NCBI GenBank assembly: GCA_963718615.1
Contig: OY970368.1
Span: forward strand, 3,200,001-3,264,000
DNA from: an uncultured cyanobacterium
GTDB taxonomy: Bacteria; Cyanobacteriota; Cyanobacteriia; PCC-9006; JAAUQQ01
Direction of reading: 5' to 3'
Length of the DNA stretch: 64,000 nt
Below the pieces are notes generated by a model. That model searched no databases. It saw only the letters and a list, made by a program, of their open reading frames with translations, and had not been told where the DNA came from. Each line of letters opens with the position of its first letter. Position 1 is the first letter of the stretch. This document shows, in pieces, positions 31,351-39,940 of this stretch. Both the position numbers and the translations under genes were made by a program.

Positions 31351-32088
31351 CTATAGCTGAATCTTGAGCGGGAGCTTCGGTTCAAAGCTAATTGCTTGTC
31401 TTTGTCTGCCATGATCCAGGGTAAGAGAAATCAAGGGTGCCAATCCGACTTCAAATTGCAGTGCATTAGTATGTGTCCCTAATGCTTCAATTTCAGATGT
31501 TGCGCTAGCGATCGTCACTTGCGTAAGTGTAAGTTGACGTGAACCAATCGGGTGGCATATCGAATCGCGGAGATTTGCATCTCCTTCAACTGCCGCAGCC
31601 CAATCCATCGCAGGCGGAATAACGAAAATGAGAGGTGTTCTGAGATCGGATGCACTTTCGGCGTACAGAATCGTATGGTTTGGCCCCATCCACTCAGCAT
31701 GAAAAGGACGAACTGCAAAAGGTAACGCCGCAGTAGATCCGTTCTTTTTCCGTAGGGCAATTCCAAAGGGACAAGCACCGGTATCAGTCCAATGTGCGCG
31801 GGCAAGCAGATTTGTATTAATTGCCTGCCCAGCTCTTGCTGCAACATCTTTATCAGTGACCCAGACCAACTCGATGTAAGTATTCTCAAAGGAAAGCGTG
31901 ATCGAAGCAGTTCCCTGACCATGATGGATATTGACTTCCTCATCAAGCTTGAAACCAGCCTTCACGAGTACTTCCTTTTCAGGTGCATCTGGAGCTACCC
32001 AAATAAAAAAATGATCCAGTTCAAGGCACTCTTTATGCACAGTCCATAACCTCACTAGCAGTCTTCGCTTCAGTAAATGACGGCTCAA
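31351..32088 (-). CDS. VOC/glyoxalase-like (Glyoxalase_3) protein
   Basis: 'LELDHFFIWV', 'HHGQGTAS...FENTYIELVWV', 'PFGIALR'; start uncertain. Confidence 0.8.
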   Translation of the reverse strand: MSRHLLKRRLLVRLWTVHKECLELDHFFIWVAPDAPEKEVLVKAGFKLDEEVNIHHGQGTASITLSFENTYIELVWVTDKDVAARAGQAINTNLLARAHWTDTGACPFGIALRKKNGSTAALPFAVRPFHAEWMGPNHTILYAESASDLRTPLIFVIPPAMDWAAAVEGDANLRDSICHPIGSRQLTLTQVTIASATSEIEALGTHTNALQFEVGLAPLISLTLDHGRQRQAISFEPKLPLKIQL

Positions 32089-32252
32089 ACTGCAAAACCA
32101 TAATCTGCTCTGGCTGCAATCCTAATGACTCATAAACTCGACCATGCCGATCGCCAAATTCTACCTCAAACGCTGCACCCTCTGCAAGAATTTCAACGAC
32201 GGTTCCCACTTGACCGCGCCATAGATTATCCTGTGGCAGATCAATGGTGAGT

Positions 32253-32375
32253 GCGACGACATCAAGTAAGTGAATTGAACTTAGTGAGATATGCCTAAAG
32301 CGTGCAAAAGAGCATTACGATCGGTACTACAAAGAGCGTTTAGAGGAGAATAAAGATGATGACCGAGGAAATTAA
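32253..32375 (+). pseudogene. C-terminal remnant of a RelE/Gp49-like toxin
   Basis: Frame reads ATTSSK*IELSEICLKRAKEHYDRYYKE and overlaps the antitoxin start; resembles Gp49 toxin C-termini. Confidence 0.5.
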
Positions 32376-32739
32376 GGTGCAACCTAGCAGTGGCAACGTG
32401 TTTGCAGATCTAGGACTTGTAAATTCTGATGAATTATGGATTAAGGCAGAACTTGTCCGACAAATCAGTAATTTGATTGACGCTAAGAACTTGACTCAAA
32501 CTGAAGCAGCAAAGCTTCTTGGGATAGACCAACCTAAAGTCTCTGCTCTCTTAAACGGAAAACTCTCTGGATTCTCAACTGACCGTCTGTTTAGATTCTT
32601 GAATGCTCTTGGCAGCGATGTGGAAATTCGAGTTACTCCCAAACCTAGACTAGAATCTCAGGCTCAAACAAGAATTGTTACTTATCAAGTGTCAAGACAT
32701 TTGCCTGTCGCGACAATTAGAAGGCGGGGAGCCCACTGA
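32356..32739 (+). CDS. XRE/HTH_37 antitoxin (HigA-like) with C-terminus altered by IS insertion
   Basis: 'SSGNVFADLG', 'LTQTEAAKLLGIDQPKVSAL', 'FSTDRLFRFLNALG'. Confidence 0.88.
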   Translation: MMTEEIKVQPSSGNVFADLGLVNSDELWIKAELVRQISNLIDAKNLTQTEAAKLLGIDQPKVSALLNGKLSGFSTDRLFRFLNALGSDVEIRVTPKPRLESQAQTRIVTYQVSRHLPVATIRRRGAH

Positions 32740-32787
32740 ATTGGCAAAAGGAAATGAGAAGCGGCAATCTCAGGTCAAGACGACAAT

Positions 32788-33702
32788 CTAAGATCGCTTC
32801 TGGTGTGTCGATGTTTGGGAGTCAGATTCAGAGGATTTTGCCGGGAGTGCCTTCAAGTTCTCAGAGCGCTGGTGAGCGGAGCGTTTACGAAAACTGTCCG
32901 CCTTGATTTCGAGAATGACCGCATGGTGAATGAGGCGGTCAACGGCGGCGACGGTCATCATGGAATCACCAAAGATGGAGTTCCACTCACTGAACGGCTG
33001 ATTGGCAGTGACCATGATGCTTTTGCGCTCATAGCGATAGGCAATGAGTTCAAAGAGAACGGAGGTTTCTGCCTCGGATTTTTGGACATAGCCGAGGTCA
33101 TCAATGATCACGAGGTCAAAGCGGTCGAGCTTTTTCAGGGCAGGCTGAAGCTGGAGATGAAGCTTTTCTTTTTGGAGATACTGCACCAGGGTGGTGGCAC
33201 AGAAGAATTTGACGCGCTTGCCCGCTTCCAGGGCGGCACGAGCGATGCCAGCGGCCAGATGGGTTTTGCCGACCCCAGAAGGTCCGAAGAAGAGACAGTT
33301 TTGGGCGTCATCAATCCACTGGGGTTCAGTGGCGAGTTTTTGAATCGGGAGAGGGTTAACCAGGGGCAGGTGTGTCCAATCGAAATTGGAAACCGTTTTG
33401 GCGTTGGGCAGTTGAGCTTCGGTGATGGCTCTTTGGAGGCGCAAAGCCTTGCGGCGGTCTGTTTCGAGTTGGCACAGGGCCAAGAGAAATTGCGCGTAGG
33501 ACCAGGTCTCTCGCATGGCTTGCTGCTCCAAGGTCTCCCAGTGGTTGAGCATATGGGATAAGCGCAGGTGCTTGAGCTGAGCGCTGAGGCTTTGGTAAGG
33601 GCTCAGCTCCGGTTGAGACGAGCTCTGGTTCTGCATCTGGGATGACGCTGCTGTGGGTGAACAGAAGGGCATCGTAGTCGTTGAGGTCATGTTGTTGGAC
33701 AT
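32788..33702 (-). CDS. istB: IS21 helper ATPase IstB
   Basis: 'GPSGVGKTHLA', 'IIDDLGY', 'AVDRLIHH'; true start may be downstream (about 33634). Confidence 0.95.
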   Translation of the reverse strand: MSNNMTSTTTMPFCSPTAASSQMQNQSSSQPELSPYQSLSAQLKHLRLSHMLNHWETLEQQAMRETWSYAQFLLALCQLETDRRKALRLQRAITEAQLPNAKTVSNFDWTHLPLVNPLPIQKLATEPQWIDDAQNCLFFGPSGVGKTHLAAGIARAALEAGKRVKFFCATTLVQYLQKEKLHLQLQPALKKLDRFDLVIIDDLGYVQKSEAETSVLFELIAYRYERKSIMVTANQPFSEWNSIFGDSMMTVAAVDRLIHHAVILEIKADSFRKRSAHQRSENLKALPAKSSESDSQTSTHQKRS

Positions 33703-35146
33703 TCACGGTGGGGAATTCGAGTTTGGTGAGCAACTGAAAATGGAGTCTGAGCCTTGAGAGGGTGAGGGTTTTGGCCTCAATCTCTGGGAAGAGGTAGTCA
33801 GCGACCGCCGCTTCCTTGTTTTGGGTCGCCGCAATATAGAGGGCTTCGACCATGAGCACGGCGGCAGAATCAAGCTCAAAGCCAGCCTGGAGCTGTTTCC
33901 AGAGTTGGTGATAGCGCTCATTGGGCAGGAGGTCCTCTCGCCAGGTGCTGTGGAGGAAGGCCAAGGGCTTTTTGCGCAACCCTTCGATGACATGGTGATA
34001 GTCCACCGAGCGGGCGCGCCGCTTGTCCTTGTCAGTAGAACGAATCCGTTTCAACCTGAACACTTCATGGCCTTCGAGGTAGCCCATCAGGCGGTTGTGG
34101 TGCAGATGCACTTCCAGGGACCGGCCAATTAAGCGAGACGGCACGCTGTAGAGCATGCAGCGGATATCAATCGTGCTGTTGCTGCTCACCTTAGCGGTGA
34201 GGAGTTCGTAGTCCGCAGCCCGGTATTTGGGCAACGCCTGGAGATGCGCTTTCTCATGCTCATACTTATCCTGATGCTGGGCATTGAGCTTGGCCACACA
34301 GTCATTGAGCAGGTCTTGATAGTCGCTGACGCTAGCGAAGTCGGTGCTGCCGCGCAGGTACATCGCTTGGACAATGCGGTTCTTCAGATGACCGTGGGGG
34401 CCTTCAATAGAACCGTTCTCGTGGGCGATTCCCCGGTTGTTTCGCGTCGGTTGCAACCGATAGTGCTCACACAGGTCGTCATACAAGCGCGTCAGCGGTT
34501 TGGTCTTCTTCCCACCCAGATTTCGATAGGCCGCACTCAGGCTATCGGTGCGATGCTGCTTTGGAGCCCCGCCGCAGGCAAACAGGGCATTCTGCAATCC
34601 TTCGGATAGGGCGACAAAGCTTTCACCCCCCTCGATTAACTCCGCGTAGGACCAGCCGCTGTAGCCCAAGCGGTAGTGATAAATCAAGTGCTCATAGGGC
34701 TTTCCATTTATCGTCACCACCGTCCCTTTGAGTTCGGTGAAGTCGGAAAATCCTTGCACCCCCGGCTCGTGACGCAGCTCAAACATCACCTCGGGAGCTG
34801 GACCATACAGTGCTTTCCAGGTTCTCACTCGCCGCTGAAGCGTCCTGAGCACTTGCGGATATTGACCCGGATATTTGTCCTGCAAATGCTCAAATAACGT
34901 CGTCGGTTTCAGTCTTGGCTCAGCTCGCAGCATCGCCTCTAGTTCGGCTTCCCAAAGACCGTTGAGTGGATCTGGCCGGGTCCGCACCCCGGTGCCCTCT
35001 CCACTCCCCTGCTGCCACTCGTTGGCATCCATTCGTTGCGCGGTTCGCACCGAAAATTCCGCCACCGCTGCCGCATCTTGCTGCGACAGGCCATGCTCCT
35101 TTGCATTCATGTACACTCGCTGTTGATACATTATTACTCTCGACAC
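33356..35146 (-). CDS. istA: IS21 transposase IstA
   Basis: 'RTRPDPL', 'FSDFT', 'HRTDSLSAA', 'HENGSIE', 'YSVPSRLIG'. Confidence 0.95.
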   Translation of the reverse strand: MSRVIMYQQRVYMNAKEHGLSQQDAAAVAEFSVRTAQRMDANEWQQGSGEGTGVRTRPDPLNGLWEAELEAMLRAEPRLKPTTLFEHLQDKYPGQYPQVLRTLQRRVRTWKALYGPAPEVMFELRHEPGVQGFSDFTELKGTVVTINGKPYEHLIYHYRLGYSGWSYAELIEGGESFVALSEGLQNALFACGGAPKQHRTDSLSAAYRNLGGKKTKPLTRLYDDLCEHYRLQPTRNNRGIAHENGSIEGPHGHLKNRIVQAMYLRGSTDFASVSDYQDLLNDCVAKLNAQHQDKYEHEKAHLQALPKYRAADYELLTAKVSSNSTIDIRCMLYSVPSRLIGRSLEVHLHHNRLMGYLEGHEVFRLKRIRSTDKDKRRARSVDYHHVIEGLRKKPLAFLHSTWREDLLPNERYHQLWKQLQAGFELDSAAVLMVEALYIAATQNKEAAVADYLFPEIEAKTLTLSRLRLHFQLLTKLEFPTVNVQQHDLNDYDALLFTHSSVIPDAEPELVSTGAEPLPKPQRSAQAPALIPYAQPLGDLGAASHARDLVLRAISLGPVPTRNRPPQGFAPPKSHHRSSTAQRQNGFQFRLDTPAPG

Positions 35147-35423
35147 TCGTTAGAGTCCTTTCTTTCCAGGGGGACCCTATGAGTGTCTTTTTTTGTCGAT
35201 CGCCACGCCAGTGAGCTGTCAAAGTCTCACGTCTGTCTCACGATCCAAGCCACGCTTTCGCGACAACTCCCGCCAGGAAATGTCGAGCAGCCGCCAATGC
35301 TATTGTCGTCTAACAGTTACTGCTTGATTATCGGCAGACGAGGCAAATTTTGAAACTCAACCCTCCTCTCCTATATCACTCTATTTCGCTGCAAGCTCCT
35401 GTAGGACCTGAGTGCCGAAGCCA

Positions 35424-35819
35424 CTAACCGTGATTATTATCTTGGATCTGTGCAGACGTTATCATGCCCCGATCCACAAACTTCTCTAAAGTCAGAACGG
35501 AAGGACTTAAGGCAGCAACTATTGACCGCAAATCTGCCTCTGTGTAGCCAAGTTCCTTTAATATCGCTATCTTTTCACGCACGCTTCTTAGTGCGGTTGC
35601 TTGTAACTCTTCTTCCAATATCTGATTTCTTATGTTTCTTTCACGAGATGCAGTCTTGACATCAATTAGCTTGATAATTACGTCTTTGAGGTGACCTAAT
35701 GCTTGTCCTAAACCTGTGAAATCTGTAACCCCTGGCGAAGCGTATGTGCAACAGCGCACCATTAAGCGTTCATCATTTTCCAGAGATTCAAAAGAACTAC
35801 CAATATGCAAGACCAGCAA
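35424..35819 (-). pseudogene. decayed cassette gene, hypothetical (C-terminal part)
   Basis: 131-aa ORF preceded by interrupted frames up to about 36090; AT-rich. Confidence 0.4.
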
Positions 35820-36088
35820 CTAATCCAGCCAGCAAATGCGCATTCATCATATCCCTTCACAGAGATGCCGAAAACTCTTTTCGCTCTCTAGGTTCTTGTT
35901 CATCTGGAGGTGCAGAATCTTTATCAAGAATTGCGATCCTCGTGCGATTGCCGTCAGTATTAATAAAAGCCTGAATACCCGTCAAAAGACCAGTAGCAAA
36001 CATAATGCCACGCAAAAGTTAAGAAATTTGATAAGCTTCACCGTTGCGTTAACTCCATCCCGCCACAATCATTTTGTCCAATTGGATT

Positions 36089-36178
36089 GCATAAAATGAC
36101 CAAGTTCACCGGACGCAGATAACCTTGACAGTTTTAAACAACCAGCTTGCGGCGTTCTAGTGCAGCAACTTTTTCTGC
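36089..36178 (-). other. degenerate attC-like recombination site
   Basis: 90-bp imperfect palindrome (GCTGCACTAGAACGC ... GCGTCCGGTGAAC) bounded by R-box-like GCAGAAA and TTTATGC, just 3' of the deaminase. Confidence 0.6.
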
Positions 36179-36224
36179 GTATTATTGCTTGAAGAGAATT
36201 GTCAGACAATACAATTTAAATAGA

Positions 36225-37031
36225 CTAGTTTTGATTTCTCACTTCCCATTGAAATATTATATCATTTTCAAATATATCGATTAATTTAATGAGTACGAAA
36301 AAAGTCGATCCGACTGGTTGTATGATTGCAATCATTCCTTTTTCCATTCTCGCGAAGTGACTAGGAAACCTAAAAACCATTGGATCAGTGATGTCTCCAA
36401 AGCTGCTTGCTCCCGCAGCCACTCTTACAGCGCCATTATTACTCGAAAGATCTACAGATCCATGAGTTGGCTGTAAAGTAACCCATTTTATAGGGATGCT
36501 TCGTAAATCTGTTTTACTGAAATGCACTTCAATACTTATCCCACTGTGAACTACTGGAACACGTCTCTTGCCATTACCGTAGATTTTGTGTATTTCTCCA
36601 TATTCAAACGCTTCTTCCTCAACAGCAGCTCGTAACTTCCTATTAAAAAAACTCACGCTTATATTGTTTTCTAACAATTTCCTAAATCCTTGTGAATAAA
36701 TCGTTCCGTTAGGATCTAAGACACCTATAACAACTTCAGTTATTCCTGAGTTGATTATTAACTCTGCACAAGATTGAATATCTTGGTCATCAAATAGTTT
36801 AACGCACGGCTCTAAAGTTGTGTAGATAGTTGAGCCACGAAGTTGATCGGCACATATTTTCTCTATTGCTACACGTTCGGCATGGTCATTACCCCGTTCA
36901 CCACGATAGCCAGTTGCAAGAAGTTCTCCGCTTTTCGCGATCACAGCCCCCACCCGAGGATATTTCGTACATTTGAGGTGTTCCTCAATTGCCATTTTCA
37001 TAAAGTCTGTTTTTGAAAATATTTTTATCAT
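36225..37031 (-). CDS. RibD-like zinc-dependent deaminase with unknown C-terminal beta-rich domain
   Basis: 'PRVGAVI', 'HAE', 'TLEPC...C', 'IGVLDPN'; no reductase domain. Confidence 0.85.
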   Translation of the reverse strand: MIKIFSKTDFMKMAIEEHLKCTKYPRVGAVIAKSGELLATGYRGERGNDHAERVAIEKICADQLRGSTIYTTLEPCVKLFDDQDIQSCAELIINSGITEVVIGVLDPNGTIYSQGFRKLLENNISVSFFNRKLRAAVEEEAFEYGEIHKIYGNGKRRVPVVHSGISIEVHFSKTDLRSIPIKWVTLQPTHGSVDLSSNNGAVRVAAGASSFGDITDPMVFRFPSHFARMEKGMIAIIQPVGSTFFVLIKLIDIFENDIIFQWEVRNQN

Positions 37032-37381
37032 AGCAATTTGTATGCATAACTATTAGCTTTTATGCACTATGTCTAATAACACTCTTCTGCTACTTTTATC
37101 AGGCATTATTACTTGATAACGATCCCAAGCAGCGGCTCCAATCCACGTCTCGCTATTATAGATCAATCTTGTGAGTTTGTCTGCCTTAGGCTTGTTATGC
37201 CGTAGCTTTCGACGACTTACATGCCCCTCTTCGTCTAATCCAGATCCTCGCTTACACGATATAATCTCCTCAGAGTCAATTACTCTGGTTAAGTTAGGCT
37301 CAAGTTGGGCTCTTAGAAAGTCCATTTGGCGGCATCTAATTTACCTGGTTAGTGATAAATCTATATGTAGGAAGTTCTTTA

Positions 37382-38185
37382 ATGGGTGAAGCTTGGAATA
37401 AAGTCCAAAAACGCAGGCAAGCAAAAGCAAAATTGTCTGAGCTAATGAGCAAGTCTGATCAGGTAATCGTTATCCATTATTCTTGCGAGAGTTTCTATGA
37501 TAGACCTGATGGGTCATCTCCAAGGATTACCTCTATTGCTGTCCGCAATCTGGATTCCGGTCAAACCACTTCTTTCTCAATCCATCAAATTGCAGAAAGG
37601 AACGGATATTCTGCGATTGCATTGGAACAGCACTACAATGAACTTGAAAAGCTTATGCTAGAAGAGTTTTATGATTTTGTAAGTCGCCATAGTTCGCATA
37701 TTTGGCTGCATTGGAATATGAGAGACATCAATTATGGTTTTCCAGCAATAGCCCACCGTTTCAAAGTTCTTCAGGGCAAACCTGAAGACGTAAATGAGTC
37801 CAAGTTAGTTGATTTGTCCCGTTTACTAATTTCGATTTACAGTGCTGATTATATTCAGCATCCTCGGCTAACAAGTTTAGTGGAAAACAATCAGATAACA
37901 CATAGAGATCTTTTAGTAGGAAAGGCTGAAGCAGATGCCTTTACCGACAAACAATATGTCAAACTTCACCAGTCAACTTTAAGGAAAGTAGATGTCCTTT
38001 CAAATATAGTTGAACGCGCTGCTGATGGCTCACTCAAAACAAATTCAACTTGGAAGGATATTTATGGAGGATACCCAGCCGCAGTTATTGAAATCATCAA
38101 AGAAAATCCTATCATCAGCGCATTGGTTGGTTTAATAGGTTTCATCAGTGCCGTTGTAGGCATCATCACTCTGTTTATCAAATAG
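37382..38185 (+). CDS. degenerate DEDD/DnaQ-like exonuclease-fold protein with C-terminal TM helix
   Basis: 'ITSIAV', 'EKLMLEEFYDF', 'HWNMRDINYGFPAI..R', 'VDL' follow DnaQ-like spacing; hydrophobic C-terminus. Confidence 0.55.
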   Translation: MGEAWNKVQKRRQAKAKLSELMSKSDQVIVIHYSCESFYDRPDGSSPRITSIAVRNLDSGQTTSFSIHQIAERNGYSAIALEQHYNELEKLMLEEFYDFVSRHSSHIWLHWNMRDINYGFPAIAHRFKVLQGKPEDVNESKLVDLSRLLISIYSADYIQHPRLTSLVENNQITHRDLLVGKAEADAFTDKQYVKLHQSTLRKVDVLSNIVERAADGSLKTNSTWKDIYGGYPAAVIEIIKENPIISALVGLIGFISAVVGIITLFIK

Positions 38186-38239
38186 CAAAGTTTTCTCATT
38201 AAACAAATTTTACGGCATAACAAGTTAGTGTATAAGACC

Positions 38240-38367
38240 TGTTGGATTTTAACAGAAGAAATCGCTGAAACGCGTACCAGGGTTGAGTTTTAGCCATTTT
38301 AATCAAAAAAAAGCTGAAAGTCTTACCAGGAAAAGGTCTCAAGGTTTTTTGAGCTTATAACCCAACA
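38240..38367. mobile_element. MITE-like 128-bp element
   Basis: Terminal IRs TGTTGGATTTTAA / TTATAACCCAACA (11 of 13); internal direct repeat GCTGAAA-N4-TACCAGG. Confidence 0.55.
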
Positions 38368-38374
38368 ACTCTAT

Positions 38375-38512
38375 AGAATTTTTCCGTATATTACCCCCAG
38401 CAAGGGAGCTAGGCAGAAGTTTTCTGTATAGCCCCAGGGCAAAAGCCGAATCTTTCCGCCTATCATCCCAATATCGGCTGATCCGCTGAAATTTTTCGGT
38501 CTATCATAACTG
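38375..38512 (+). repeat. four imperfect ~22-bp direct repeats (GAA-TTTT-C-G--TAT-A-CCC type)
   Basis: Units start at 38375, 38415, 38447, 38487 (spacing 40/32/40). Confidence 0.6.
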
Positions 38513-38641
38513 CTCCGCAGAACCTCCAAAAACGCTGCTAGACAAGGCTAAAGAGACAGCCTATCTCACCCATAATACTAATTGTACAGACAAAAATCAA
38601 TATTGAGGGCGGCGGCCCTATACCGCTTGCTAGGGTCATGG

Positions 38642-39781
38642 TCAATGATTTTCTCGGCCCTCCGGCAAAATCAGCATCGCATCACCAAAAGAATAGAAAC
38701 GGTAATTCTGGGCGATCGCCTCCCCATACAACCCCAACAACCGCTCCCGCCCCGTCAACGCACTCACCAACATCATCAAACTCGACTTCGGCAAGTGAAA
38801 ATTGGTAATCAAACCATCTACAACCCGCCAGTCATAACCCGGATAAATAAACAAATTCACCTTCTCTCGAATCGATTGCAAACCCCCAGATTGGGCAGCA
38901 CCCTCTAGCGATCGCACCGCCGTCGTCCCCACCGCAATCACCCGCCCCCCCCTCGCCTTCGTCGCCTCAATCTGCGCCACCGTTGCCGGCGAAACCTCTA
39001 CCCATTCCCCATGCATTTGATGATCCGTAATCCGCTCCGCCTCCACCGGACGGAACGTGCCAACCCCCACATGCAGCGTCACAAAAGCTTGGTCAATGCC
39101 CTTTGCCTTAAGTGTTTCCAGCAATTCTGGCGTAAAGTGCAGCCCCGCTGTCGGCGCAGCAACTGCACCTAAAGTTGAACTGTAAACTGTTTGATACTGT
39201 TCCGCCTCCGCTTGCGAATTCTCAATATAGGGAGGCAACGGCACCTGACCCCAACGATCGAGACAGGACCAAAACGACTCCCCCGGCGGCACAACAAATT
39301 GCAAGACTCGACCCCCCGTTGCCGGATCATGGCTGAGCACCTGGGCTTGCAGCGAAGCTTCAGGCGCTTCAAAGGCATCGGATGTTGTCCCTGGAGACTC
39401 GAAGGCGATCGCCGCCCCCGGTTTCAACCGCCGCCCCGGCTTCACCAAAGCCAACCAACGCTCCGGCCCCTGTTCCTCCAGCAATAACACTTCCACCCTT
39501 GCCCCCTGTTGGTAGGAACCGCCTAGGGTGACATTGAGCTTATGGCCATAGAGCCGAGCGGGCAAAACCCGCGTATTATTCATCACCAACAAATCCCCCG
39601 GCTGTAGCAGCTCCGGCAGCTCGTGGAAAATGCGATGCTGATGGGTCGTGACCGAATCTACCACCAAGAGACGGGCGCGATCGCGAGGGACCATCGGGTT
39701 TTGGGCGATATGGCCCTCGGGCAAATCGTAGTCATAGCTGGAGAGCAGCAGGTCGGCCTCCGCAGAAGAAACAGAAGACAA
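38642..39781 (-). CDS. queA: S-adenosylmethionine:tRNA ribosyltransferase-isomerase
   Basis: 'PLPPYI', 'YQTVY', '[10 protein letters not shown]', 'TNFHLPKS', '[10 protein letters not shown]'. Confidence 0.97.
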   Translation of the reverse strand: MSSVSSAEADLLLSSYDYDLPEGHIAQNPMVPRDRARLLVVDSVTTHQHRIFHELPELLQPGDLLVMNNTRVLPARLYGHKLNVTLGGSYQQGARVEVLLLEEQGPERWLALVKPGRRLKPGAAIAFESPGTTSDAFEAPEASLQAQVLSHDPATGGRVLQFVVPPGESFWSCLDRWGQVPLPPYIENSQAEAEQYQTVYSSTLGAVAAPTAGLHFTPELLETLKAKGIDQAFVTLHVGVGTFRPVEAERITDHQMHGEWVEVSPATVAQIEATKARGGRVIAVGTTAVRSLEGAAQSGGLQSIREKVNLFIYPGYDWRVVDGLITNFHLPKSSLMMLVSALTGRERLLGLYGEAIAQNYRFYSFGDAMLILPEGRENH

Positions 39782-39940
39782 AATCGAGAATGCTTGCTTG
39801 TGAGAAGAACAATCTCTATTCTCTCAAAAGACGCAGAAATGCATACAGAATCCGGTTATCTTGAGTTTCGTCCCCATTCCCTTGCAGTTCCCTTGCCGTT
39901 AGGGACTCGGCTGTTCATCTGACCCGTCAACCTGAGGACT

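Larger units (their letters stand above)
32683..35315 (-). mobile_element. IS21-family insertion sequence (2633 bp) with 6-bp target duplication GTTACT
   Basis: GTTACT at 32677-32682 and 35316-35321; imperfect terminal IRs with internal (C)GACAA repeats; istA-istB pair. Confidence 0.92.
30290..38630. mobile_element. horizontally acquired, HIP1-free genomic island between the spoIID-like gene and queA
   Basis: No GCGATCGC seen between about 29.8 and 38.7 kb; AT-rich genes; gene fragments, IS21, cassette core sites. Confidence 0.8.

Noticed and set aside
36225-37031. Calling the deaminase ribD
   Set aside because: Lacks the reductase domain and lies in a foreign AT-rich cassette
37053-37325. 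90-aa ORF between the deaminase and the exonuclease-like gene
   Set aside because: Spans the cassette core site at 37194; no motif; probably spurious
38375-38512. Repeat array as a degenerate CRISPR
   Set aside because: Units too divergent, gaps only about 10-18 bp, no cas genes
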